Shown piece by piece: positions 12,001 through 23,077 of a DNA stretch of 36,882 bases. The stretch is from Atractiella rhizophila. Lineage: Eukaryota. The notes under the pieces were generated by a model that saw only the letters and a list, made by a program, of their open reading frames with translations, had not been told where the DNA came from and searched no databases. Location of the stretch: contig MU271635.1 of assembly GCA_021432655.1 (NCBI GenBank), positions 1 through 36,882 on the forward strand, read 5' to 3'. The translations under genes and the position numbers were made by a program. Within the stretch, counting starts at the first letter, position 1. The number at the start of each line of letters is the position of its first letter.

Positions 12001-12589
12001 ATTGCAGGAGTTGCTTGAGCATAAAGGACATCATGCCATCTTCCTACCAAAATTTCACTGTGAAATCAATTGCATTGAGTTTGTATGGGGACATGCAAAG
12101 CGATATACACGTGGTAAGCACATTGGGCTCCTTGTGGTTGATTAATGCTGAAGCTGTTTCCAGCGAACTGTGATTACACTTTCGAAGGATTACGTCGTAC
12201 AGTTCCAGAAGCCCTGAAGTCTATCAAACTCTCCACTATCAGAAAGTTTGAGCATCGCTCTCATCGCTGGATCAGAGCTTACAAGGAGGGGAAGAATGTT
12301 ATTGATGCTGGATACCAGGTAAAGGAGCATGCCTCACATCGAAGAATTCCGGAGGCACGAGCTTCGACTGGGGATATTTCTTTCATTTGAATCATACTGC
12401 CTTCTTGTTCTTTGCCAAATTAATAATGCATATGTACATATATATGTGCTTCTAAGAATATCAAACTCTTGCAGGTCCGCACTCAGCTTGCAAGCAAGAA
12501 GGGGAAAATTTTCGCTCAAAAAATTGGAACATGTGAGTCATGATGAGTCATGGTTGGACACCTTGGTTGGGACTAGGCGCTTCACACCA
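9007..12589 (+). mobile_element. IS630/Tc1/mariner-superfamily DNA transposon (3583 bp) with 36-bp TIRs and TA TSD
   Basis: TIRs 9007-9042 and 12554-12589 match at 34/36 (TGGTGYGAAGCGCCTAGTCCCAACCAARGTGTCCAA); TA at 9005-9006 and 12590-12591; encloses a transposase. Confidence 0.95.
9446..12390 (+). CDS. DDE transposase, 7 introns, one apparent frameshift near 9870-9890
   Basis: GT-AG introns 9993-10037, 10670-10717, 11049-11100, 11474-11526, 11663-11713, 11906-11954, 12114-12163 join YIDGHERPDVV, VFHDESTF, VVFDDSTGH, FLPKFHCEINCIEFVWGHAKR in frame; stop at 12388-12390. Confidence 0.88.
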
Positions 12590-13107
12590 TAGGATATCCA
12601 CTCTACTTGGCAGCTTCCCCTATTACTCACAATAACAAGAGTGTTAGCCCTAACATCTTCACCTGTCCTGGAAATCTGCTAAAACAATCATGCATTGGAT
12701 GCTTGTTGGAGGCTCGCGGTATTTTCAGGCTGGAAGACCACATGGGGATTCAAATGGATGTGGGGGAAAATTTTGCAGTTTGGGGTGGCCAGAAACCTTA
12801 AATGTTATTATCTTTACCTAAAGCTGGACGTCTTGGTGCTTTAAGAGTAAAATACTGGTAGGGTAACATAAGGCAGTAAGTGTGAACACTTCACTGAAAG
12901 TCTTGAGCACTAGAACTAGTGCAGTACACATTTTGGTCATAAAAAAGGACTTGTTGGTACCGTGAATCGAACACGGACAGGCAGAGAACCGTGACCCCAC
13001 AATCTGACATGCAGCCATTACATCATACCAACTACACTGTGCGTTCTTCCCTTTGACAAAAATATATACACACAACGTAAGGCGGCTCGTTGCAACCCTA
13101 CTTAATC

Positions 13108-13114
13108 TGACTCA
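13108..13114 (+). promoter_or_regulatory. TGACTCA Gcn4/CpcA (AP-1)-type site upstream of ThrRS
   Basis: Exact 7-mer; such sites are known upstream of fungal aminoacyl-tRNA synthetase genes; function here is inferred. Confidence 0.4.
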
Positions 13115-13131
13115 GGATTCTTTCATTTCTC

Positions 13132-16100
13132 ATGTGTTTTCATCTCTCAAATCTTTGGCTTCGACGTCTGGCTTCCCCCCTGTCGTTGATTAGTGCATCC
13201 AACTCCGTTCTACGCGACCTTCCGCGCTCACTGAGTACGCAATCTCGTTACACGATGTCGAAAGAAAAGAAAACAGCAGCCCCAGCCCTTCCTTTAGAGC
13301 GCAACCCACCCTCTGCTTTTATTGCCGAGAGAATTGAGAAATGGAATAGGCTGAAGGCAGCATTGGAAGCAGAACTTGCGACGAAGGAGAGAGATGCAGT
13401 AAAATACATTATCAATGGAACGGAGGGTGATGGACGTAGGTGGGAAACGAAACCTTGGGACCTGGTTGATAAGAGCGCCAAAGATAGAATTGTAATTGCA
13501 AAGGTATGGTTTTCATGTATGAGCAGTAGGGTATCTTTGATCGGGTGAGAACGTAAATGCTGCTTCCGCAACAGATCGTCAGACAGCAGAGATCTCAGGA
13601 GTCTGCATATAATGCAATTAGCCGAGTATTTGCACTTAGATAGTTCTGGGGACTATGTTTCGTGTCGTTTGCTGGATTCAGCGCATTCCTACATGTACTA
13701 ATGACAGTGCTAGGTGAACGGCGAGTTATGGGATTTACAACGACCGTTAGAAGCGGATTGTTCTACAATAGAATTTTTGGACTTTGAACATCCAGAAGGT
13801 AAATTTACGACAATACTTAGATGCAGACTGAATGATTCAAATCTCGAAGGAAAACAAGTATTCTGGCATTCGTCAGCTCATGTTCTGGGAGAGGCTGCTG
13901 AACGACACTATGACAATTGCCATCTGTGCCTGGGACCTCCTACTGATGAGGGCTTTTTCTACGAAATGGCTTTGGGAGAAGATGGCACCGGGTCAGTAAT
14001 CATTCTTATTACCTCGTCGTCTTTCCTAAGCCAACCTAACAGGGTCGTTAAAACGGAAGAATGGCCACTCCTTGAGCAGGTGTCGAAGAAGGTTATTAAA
14101 GAAAAACAACCGTTCGAACGTTTAGTTGTGAAGAAGGAAGATCTATTGGACCTCTTTGGGGTACCTTGCCAAGATTACTTATATTTATGGACTGACCTTC
14201 CCTACATAGTACAACAAATTTAAGGTACATCTCATCAAGGACAAGATCCCAGATGGCTCTTCGACGACTGTCTACCGCTGCGGGCCTATGATCGATCTCT
14301 GCCGTGGCCCGCACATACCGCACACAGGCCGCATCAATTCCTTCGCTGTCGTGAAAGTAGGTTCCTTCTCGCACTCTTGTACCTTATTATCGTTAACGAT
14401 ATGGATGGTATCTAGAGTTCTTCGTCCTATTTCTTAGGCAATGCAGACAACGAAAGCCTTCAGCGAATCTACGGTATTTCATTTCCGGATAAGAAGCAGA
14501 TGGATGAATACAAGAAGTTCAAAGAGGAAGCTGCGAAGAGAGATCATCGAAAAATTGGCAAAGTACATACTTCGTGATATAGATAGGCGTTTGAGCTGAT
14601 GTTTTGTCCAGGATCAAGAGCTTTTCTTCTTCCACGAACTGTCGCCAGGAAGTTGCTTCTGGCTGCCAAATGGAACGAAGATATACAATAATATCGTGGC
14701 ATTGATCAAGGTGAGCTACGAGCATGATTAGACGGAATTAATAACGAAGTCACCGGTAGGAAGAGTACCGAAAGAGAGGATACCAAGAGGTCATCACCCC
14801 GAACTCGTTCAACGTGGACCTTTGGAAGCAATCTGGACATTGGGATCACTATCGGGAGAACATGTTTCAATTCGGCGTCGAGAATCAAACCTTTGCTCTG
14901 AAGCCTATGAACTGCCCCGGACATTGCCTCATATTCAACTCAAGAGAGAGAAGTTACAAGGAACTGCCATTACGCATGGCGGACTTTGGCGTGATACATA
15001 GAAACGAGGCGTCTGGTGCTTTGAGTGGTCTTACTAGAGTGCGAAGGTTTCAACAGGATGATGCGCACATCTTTTGCATGCCAGAACAGGTTGCTAGCCG
15101 TTTCCTTGACACCTGGCTTGTCTTAACAAGTCTTTAGATCGAGTCTGAGATGTCCGGCGTCTTTGACCTGCTGCGAGCCGTCTACGGCCTGTTTGGATAT
15201 GATTTCTTCCTCGAGTTGAGCACGAGACCGGAGAAGTATCTCGGAAAACTAGAGACCTGGGAATATGCCGAGAGCGTATAGTACCCCACCACTCTTTAAT
15301 TTCGCGAAAGAGCTCATGAATGCTAGACTTTGAAACGCGTGCTCGAAAAAGAGGTCCCAGGAAAGTGGACTCTGAACCCAGGAGACGGTTAGCACCAACT
15401 TTCCTCTTCTCGTTTTAAAGTTGAATCCTTTCAGGTGCATTCTACGGACCCAAAAGTGAGCGTCTTTTCGTTTGACCCTGGCACATGTTCAACGCTGTCA
15501 TTAGTCGACATCACCATTCAGGACGCTTTACGTAGACGTCATCAATGCGCTACCATCCAGCTCGATTTCCAACTACCAGAAAGATTTCAGTTAAATTACA
15601 GAACAGCGGAGGGATCGGCTGCAGATACGCTAGATCAACGTGCGAGGCCCGTTATGATCCACCGCGCCATCGTGGGAAGCATAGAACGCTTTTTCGCCAT
15701 TCTCGTAGAGCATTTTGCTGGCAAATGGCGAGTTTATCCTCTACTCATAGCGCAAACCCTAAACTCAGGTCAGGCCGTTTTGGTTGAGCCCTCGTCAAGT
15801 CGTCGTCATTCCCATCGCCGCTGCCCATAAAGAGTACGCGAAGGAGGTTGTTCAAACGCTATGGAATGCCGGCATCGACGCCGAGGCTGATTTAAGTGAT
15901 CAGACACTACCAAAGAGAATTGTACGTGCCTGTATCGTGTGGTCTCATCATGCTAAGGTGTTCGTTGCAGAGAAATGGCGAGATCGCCCAATTCAACTTT
16001 ATCCTAGGTGAGTACTCTCATTGTTCATAAAAACACCCAGGGGCTCATGTGAAAGCAGTGGTCGGAAGTGAAGAGCTTGAAACCAAAACAGTGAACGTCC

Positions 16101-16213
16101 GCAACAGAGACGAGGTGGATTCAAAGGGGAAAGGCGAAAGGATTGCTCTGGAAAAAGTTGTGCACGATATGGTAAAGCTAAAGGAAGAAAGGCGATTGAT
16201 CAATAAGTTGTAG
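13132..16213 (+). CDS. THS1: threonyl-tRNA synthetase (multi-exon; in-frame ATGs at 13132 and 13255)
   Basis: TGS domain ([17 protein letters not shown]), [88 protein letters not shown]; stop TAG at 16211-16213. Confidence 0.98.
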
Positions 16214-16343
16214 TGAGATATCGAGTCAGTGCCAATTTCAGATATAGTTTTGTTTGGAAGCTGGAACTTGACTTCCCGCATATCTTTAGACAAGTACTTC
16301 TAACGGACTGCAATAGGCATAAATCTTGTGCATTCTAAGGAAG

Positions 16344-18103
16344 TCATAAAGTCGCTACTTTCTCTCGCTTGCGTGGTCCTCCAATAATCTCGTCTCGTTT
16401 CCGTTTCTTCCGCTCCTTCTTCTCTGCGGCAAGTTCGGCCCTCTTCACTTTCCTTTGCATATGGAAACCACACACGCTTGATCCTTCCCATGCGATCTCA
16501 CAGCAAGTTTTGCACATACCTCGTGAACACTTAGTTCCCGACATATTCTGGCAATCAGGGGAAGAGCATATAGTCCGGTGTAGCAATTCCACCAACGGTT
16601 GAAGTGCATTAATCATCGTTGCCGTTTGCGTAGAAATGTCCGGCGGCAATGGACGGATGTACGGCTGACAATGCGAATATGGAATGGAGTCGCCGTTAAG
16701 AGGAAGATAGACACTGAGAGCGTCAGGCAGTCGACCTGCTACAACATCATCCTGCGCCAAAGCTCAATACAATCCCCTACATTAGCGACGCATAGCAACT
16801 AACCTTGAGGCGTTGTTCAAGCTCGTCAGTAAGCTCTTCAAACTCATGTACGCTGGACAATCGATCCCGTATGTCAGAATAATCGTCACGAACGAGTACT
16901 GGCTTCCAAATCTTGAAAAGGTGGCCGCGCTGTGATGATGTCGGAGTGGGAGTTTTGAGATGACGCACAATGGCGAGATACTGGCGGGTAATAAAGATTA
17001 TCGGAGGGAAAATATTAGTTTGTCGGTCCCGTTCTGTTGAAGGGACCTGCATAGACATGTGCCGCTTGATGCTTTCTAAAGCATCACGAAGATCGCCAGG
17101 AATCGAACACAGGAATTGTTTGGATATGCTTCCATCGCGATCTAGAGGGGCGAAAATTGACGGGTTATAAAGACTTCCTTCGGCACTCATCACACCGTCA
17201 CAGGAGGTATAAGCAAGACAGCGCACGACATCCTGGTGTGTGAGAATGTTACCGTTAGAAAAGACAGGAATCGAGAGCGCTGCTTTAACAGCTCTAACGT
17301 GATCCCTGAGCAAGGGGTCAGTAGATACGTTCACATGTGGGCTGTAACTCACCAATCTGCTAAACCGGTGTACTGTCCCTTCATTTCTTTCGTCCGCCCG
17401 TGCAACACGACCCAACTGGCCCCTGCTGCCTCCAGCATCTTGGCGTACTCGACTGTTTTCTCAATGGTTTCCAACCTTCTGAACTTGGCCAAAATGGGAG
17501 TCCCCTTGAGCTTCTTGCTGCCCGCCAGTCGGCTGATCATGTCTTTCACCCTCTCTCTCTTCTCCATCAAGAAAGCACCATATTCCCCTCGCTTTGCAAT
17601 GCCCTGAGGGCATCCTAAATTCAAATCGATGGCATCGCAAGCTTGACGTTCAGCAAGAATCGATGCGCTGTTCTCCCATATCTCAGGGTCGTTCGCGCAG
17701 AACTGAGCAACAAGTGGTCGGTCGAAGCTTGAGCCTTCTTCACCTTTGGAAAGGGAGAAGTAACCTTCTTGTACGGATGGTTGTGGGAAAAGGTGAGCGT
17801 GAATCATTGGAGTGTAACAGAGCTCCGCCCCGTGTAGGCGCGAGAGCATGCGCCATGCTAATTCGGAAGCATCTATGGGGGCGCATCAGTCACTGCGTCC
17901 AGGATAGGAAGCATCGGGTAAGACCAAGGCGAGTGGTGAAGGGACGCACCGACCATAGGCGCAATGAGATACTTTGGAGAGCCGAGGGAGCGATAAAACT
18001 CCCAAGCAGCTTCAGCTTGTGGTGCTGTTGCCATCATAAAAAATCGACGGGGAGCTTGAACTGGGTGGCGAAACAGGAGAGAGTGGCACAATAGTAGCCT
18101 CAT
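16344..18103 (-). CDS. DUS1: tRNA-dihydrouridine synthase Dus1 with C-terminal Cys/His domain (in-frame ATGs 18103, 18037, 18034)
   Basis: APMV|DASELAWR, QFCANDP, DLNLGCPQGIAKRG, VLHGRT, ADW, IPVFSNGNI, DGVMSAEG; introns 17873-17949, 17306-17352, 16752-16803; C-terminal C..C..C..CKTCC..CGFH as in DUS1L. Confidence 0.95.
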
Positions 18104-18603
18104 TCAATGTCAGGCGACACGACTGAGAGCAAAAACGTTAAGAGTGAGAAGGGGCGGGCTTAGCGGTACAGGAGAATAACGCTGGGTGGTTGGACGTAAA
18201 GGCGGGAAGGGCTCTCTTCCTGAGTCATGCTTCGTCACCACACATCATATGCCAGCTCGGGTTTTGTCAGCAAGCTGATCGATCGACAGCAGCCGCGGAC
18301 CGACTGACTGCGAAGTAGACATTATATCTCCTTATGATATCCTTGTGGTTGCTTGTTTGATGCTCTCACTCGTCCCAGCAACGAATTACAGATAACCTTT
18401 CTTGTAGACTATAGTCCTACTGTTTTGGATACAGGAATATCCATTTTTTACTTTGCTTGCTTATACTTATACAGTCGCTATCTCTGCACTGTCAAGACCT
18501 ATCATTAAACTTTATGGGACAACCGAGAGTCACTATCGATGGTCGGAAACTGTAATATTATGTCAGCAAATCGATGCTGATGTACACGTCCCTGGCCTGT
18601 TGT

Positions 18604-20438
18604 TGCTGATTTTGAAAGGTTAACCTACGCTTATCCAGATGCAAGTCGACGAGGCTGCCTTTATCACTCTGCTGGATTGGTCGCCAATAGAACACAGTCA
18701 TCTTCCAACGCCGGAAGAAGTCTTCAGATCAAAAGTGCTTTCGGACCAGAGCACGGTTGCAACTGTGAGGCTAGTCGACGGGCGAACTGTTGCGAAGTAT
18801 GGCAGTAAGGTCTTTGTTCAAGAGGCCAATGCGATGATACTGGCGGCCAGCATTGGCGTGCCAGTCCCAGAGGTATGCTCTTTTAGCTTTTACAAGGAAG
18901 CTTCATTGATGCGTGGTTCCACGTCAGGTATACGGGGCCTATCGATACAACGAGCAGATCTTCATCTTCATGGCTTTCGTACCTGGGAAGACGCTTGAAC
19001 TTGAGTGGGACGTGATGACAGCCGAGCAGAAGGATCGTCTCATACTTGACCTTCGGGAAGCATTTGCCTCTCTCCGAAAACTCACCTCAACCTACGTCGG
19101 TGGCGTAAACAAGGCGCCGATTACTTATCTTGCGAATTATGGCAACGCGGGCCCATATTCAACGGTCAAAGACTTCAACGATGCTATCATGAGTGCCATC
19201 GAAATCGACAACGGACAAGAGCCTTTCTTCAGAGCTTCTCATCGGCGACTCATTGCTTGTAGTGAAGACAAACCTCCGGTATTTTCTCATGGGAGCTTTC
19301 AACGCCAACATGTAATCATGCAAGGAGGGAGGCTAAGTGCAGTAGTTGGTTGGCGAAAAGCGGGGTTCATGCCTGTCCATTGGGAATGGGTTCAAGCATC
19401 CATATCAGAAGAATATTCTCTTGTTTGGAATTCACTCCTGGAAAGCATACTACAGCCATTTGATATGGAATTGCTTGTCTATTGTGAATATGCCCCTGCA
19501 TTGAAAAATGCTCAATAAAATTGTAAAATAAACTGTTCTATATTCTTCAACCCAGAGAAAGCCTGAATTGACGGTCTCTCTTTATCATAAGGTTCCAACC
19601 ACCTATCCATCAATGCAAACCATTCTGCTGGCATTTCTATTGACCCAAACTCGGCTTTCACCCATTCCCAAGGAAGCGGCATGAAGCCTGACATTTCCCA
19701 GTCGATTATGGCACGCAATGTGATCGTCGCCTACGATAACGTTGCGAGGCGAAAGGTCACCATGGGTGAACACGATGGGGTACTGTTCGTAACGCCTTAG
19801 CAAGCGGCGCAAGTAGCGATGGGAATTTGCTGATCCTCTGGCGACGTGCAAGAAGTTGCTAAATAGGCCGTCACAAAATTCCGAGACATTTTCAAACGGG
19901 CCAACGTGTGGATGGGACATAAATAGGGGGTCACCACACGGCGCCATGTTTACGCCACCGATGTAGGTTGCGGTGAGTTTTCGGAGAGAGGCAAATGCTT
20001 CCCGAAGGTCAAGTATGAGACGATCCTTCTGCTCGGCTGTCATCACGTCCCACTCAAGTTCAAGCGTCTTCCCAGGTACGAAAGCCATGAAGATGAAGAT
20101 CTGCTCGTTGTATCGATAGGCCCCGTATACCTGACGTGGAACCACGCATCAATGAAGCTTCCTTGTAAGAGTTAAAAGAACATACCTCTGGGACTGGCAC
20201 GCCAATGCTGGCCGCCAGTATCATCGCATTGGCCTCTTGAACAAAGACCTTCCTGCCGTACTTCGCAACAGTTCGCCCGTCGACTAGCCTGACAGTTGCA
20301 ATCGTGCTCTGGTCCGAAAGCACTTTTGATCTGAAGACTTCTTCCAGTGTTGGAAGATGACTGTGTTCTATTGGGGACCAATCCAGCAGAGTGATAAAGG
20401 CAGCCTCGTCGACGTAGGTTAACCTTTCAAAATCGGCA
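18604..20438. repeat. inverted repeat: arms about 18604-19119 and 19939-20438, spacer ~820 bp
   Basis: By eye ~13 substitutions in ~475 bp, plus a 16-bp indel near 18630-18645; includes the shared intron; about 18891-19086 appears identical. Confidence 0.95.
18639..19518 (+). CDS. APH/choline-kinase-like fold protein, predicted pseudokinase (~274 aa, intron 18873-18927)
   Basis: VAKYG..EA.AM..VPVPE|VYG..IFMAFVPG.TL..W; catalytic loop reads VFSHGSFQRQH (no Asp or Asn) and the DW motif reads VVGW; AGFMP.HWEW retained; open frame. Confidence 0.85.
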
Positions 20439-20527
20439 TTAGAATTCTCTTCTTCACCAGCACCTTCATCTCTTAATGAACTTGCAGTACTGATTGTGGC
20501 ATAAGACAAGGCAACTACAAACTGCAT
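19512..20527 (-). CDS. APH/choline-kinase-like phosphotransferase with catalytic motifs (intron 20131-20185; 1-nt frameshift near 19714, real or error)
   Basis: Same N-lobe as its neighbour, then VFTHGDLSPRNVIV and, after the frameshift, AIIDWEMSGFMPLPWEW; start codon uncertain. Confidence 0.8.
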
Positions 20528-21775
20528 TAGGTGCCTCTCTTCTTCTCTGCCTCGCCCTGAGCTTTCTTTTCCAATTCCTCCAGCTCCCCCTCCCGCTCGA
20601 TGAATCTCCTCTCCATCCCCTTTACTAGCATGTGAACCTGTTCCAAATATCCCATCAAGGCGCTTGGGTCGAAGTCTTGCCTCAAGTTCCTCAAACTCTT
20701 CGAAGGCGAGACATCTATGCCGTCAGGCTCATTTGTAACTGGGTCTGCGAGCAGTTTGTAATGTCCGTCTTCTCCGACTCCAGCGGAGGACTCATAACTC
20801 TGGTCTTCAATGGTGCTGAGCTCGCCAACATTCCCACGGCCAAGAGTGCTACTATTGCCGAAAGAGTCTGTACGACTGCGACCGCTGCGTGGGGTGGATG
20901 TTGATGAGTTAAATCCCATCCGAAGGTGGGCGTTTGGGCCAACGAAGATAGACCCGTTTCGCTGAGCGTTGGATGACGCGCTGGAGAGTTGAAGGGATCG
21001 ACCCGTAAGGGGAGGAGAGGTGAAGGAGGAAGTAAGGCTAGAATAAGACACAGAGTTTGAATGGTTATGAGAGACTGAGAACGTTGTTGACTGTATATGT
21101 GACTCGTATTCCTCTCCGTAAAGCTTTCTCAAAGCTTGACCATAAAGCCTTTCCCTGTCCTATCCATTTAGCGACTGGTTTTGCGACGAGCCTGCCGACT
21201 TACTTCTTTCGTAACTCTTCGATCGTCACCATACACTTCTCATTTTCCTTCTGGTACCCCTCTAGCAGCTTCTCTTGAGCTGCAAACTGCCTCGTCAGCT
21301 CCTCTACTTCACGAGCTTGCAAGGTGGTCTTTCCTCCTCCCTCCTTCAGCTTCGCGACCTCAACCTTGAGTGCATTCCTCTCATTCGTCAAGCCAGAAAT
21401 TTGCGCTCGAAGGGTAGAAATGAGGTATTCTTGGTCCTCCGCTCTCTTCTCTAAGGCGGAATGGGACACTAAAGACGAAACATTTGAAGCAGAACTCGCG
21501 GGACGTGATCTCTCCCCTTGGGACACCACTCTGGACGGACGTGCTGTTCCTTCTTCCTTTTTTCGCGGGCTCTTCTGCGGGGTCGTTTGGGAGGAGCCGA
21601 GGCCTAGATTGCGCATGATCTCAGCAGCTTCAGTGCGTTGCTGGCGCAATCGATCCTGGTCTGGGACGTGGGAGGAAGGACGACTGTGGCCGCGTTGCGT
21701 ACGGGTAGAGGTGGATGGGGCCAGAATGGAGTCGAGGGTCTGGGCGACGAACGGCGTGGAAGGAACAGAACTCAT
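20527..21775 (-). CDS. hypothetical coiled-coil, Ser-rich protein (~400 aa, intron 21155-21203)
   Basis: ATG 21775; a GTAAGT...CAG intron joins the two long ORFs in frame (ELRKK-ERLYGQALRKLYG); heptad-rich segments; family not recognised. Confidence 0.75.
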
Positions 21776-22041
21776 GTTATTGCTTCGTCGTTTGCAACTC
21801 GCGACAACAACAGCAAACACCAACCAAGCTAAGGCACGTGCCTTGAAATTATCAGATTACGTACGAGGAGGCGGCTGTAGGGTTAGGCCCGGTGGCTCCG
21901 TTTATTTTCCTTCCAGCCAAAACAAAGACAGCGGGTGAGTTAACACAACCAAGGTGAGCAAAGCGGCTTCTGTGCGGATAATGTCCGGGAATCAGTGGAA
22001 TGAGGAGTGTCTGACAAGTATCCCGTGCTGGCAGCTTCACC

Positions 22042-23077
22042 ATGTCGCAACTTCCTCCCGTGTTCGCCCTCAATGAGGAGGATCTTAGCTTGATGCTGGC
22101 TGCTCAGACACACATTGGAGGCAAAAATGTTACTAAGGTATGCCGTCACTCATAGTGGTTCCTACTCTTATGCGCGACTGCAGGGAATGGAGCCTTACGT
22201 CTGGAAGCGACGACCAGATGGTGTGAACATTATCAAGTGTGCTCTCCTCGTACTGTGGGACGGAAACGGTGCTGAAGGCAGATTGTAGCTTGGGCATCAC
22301 TTGGTCCAAAATTGTCCTCGCTGCCCGACTCATAGTCACGATTTCTCCCGCGAACGACGTCGTTGCCATTTCCTCCAGGCCTTACGGTCACCGTGCCGTC
22401 CTCAAATACGCTTCGCACACAGGTGCCCACGCTATTGCCGGAAGGATTACTCCCGGTAATTTCACCAACTACATCACCAAATCTGTAGGTCGAGGTTTGA
22501 TTCTCTGACTGAGATTTTGATCGAGTTTTTGTTTTGGCTTTTAGTTCCGTGAACCGCGCCTAATTATTGTCACTGATCCCCGTGTGGACACTCAAGCCAT
22601 CCGCGAATCATCATACGTCAACATCCCCATCATTGCCCTTTGCGACACCGACGCTCCTCTCCAATTTGTTGATGTTGTAATTCCCTGCAACAACAGGTCT
22701 GTTCACAGCATAGGTCTCATCTGGTGGCTGCTTTGCAGGGAAGTCCTCAGACTCCGTGGAACTATTGCAAGGGGACCTGACGCTTGGGGAGTCATGCCCG
22801 ATCTGGTTCGTCGTTAGTGGTCCAACCGACGAATCTTAACATGATCTGTCGTAGTTTTTCTTCAGGGATCCTGAGGAAATCGAAAAGGAGAACGAGGCTA
22901 AAGGCGCAAGCGCTGAAGTTGCCGCAGCAGCCCCCGCTCCTGAGTGGGATGGGGCTGCTGCCAACATCGGCACAACTGGTGGGGAGGCAGCTTTGGATTG
23001 GGCACAGGAAGGTGGTGCTGTGAGTTACTCCTTCCATTCCAGTATGCATGATGAAACTCACCATGGATCTAGGATTG
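22042..23077 (+). CDS. RPS0: 40S ribosomal protein uS2 (S0/SA), multi-exon; final exon displaced (see 25176-25218)
   Basis: [104 protein letters not shown]. Confidence 0.97.

Larger units (their letters stand above)
8822..12655. mobile_element. solo LTR (~249 bp; halves 8822-9006 and 12592-12655) split by a DNA transposon
   Basis: TGTCAGGG...CCCTAACA inverted termini; TSD TCTTC at 8817-8821 and 12656-12660; TATATAAA box at about 8957. Confidence 0.88.

Noticed and set aside
21324..21938. Long antisense ORFs (here and at 25260-25838, 34488-34991)
   Set aside because: They lie opposite better-supported genes and have no motifs of their own.
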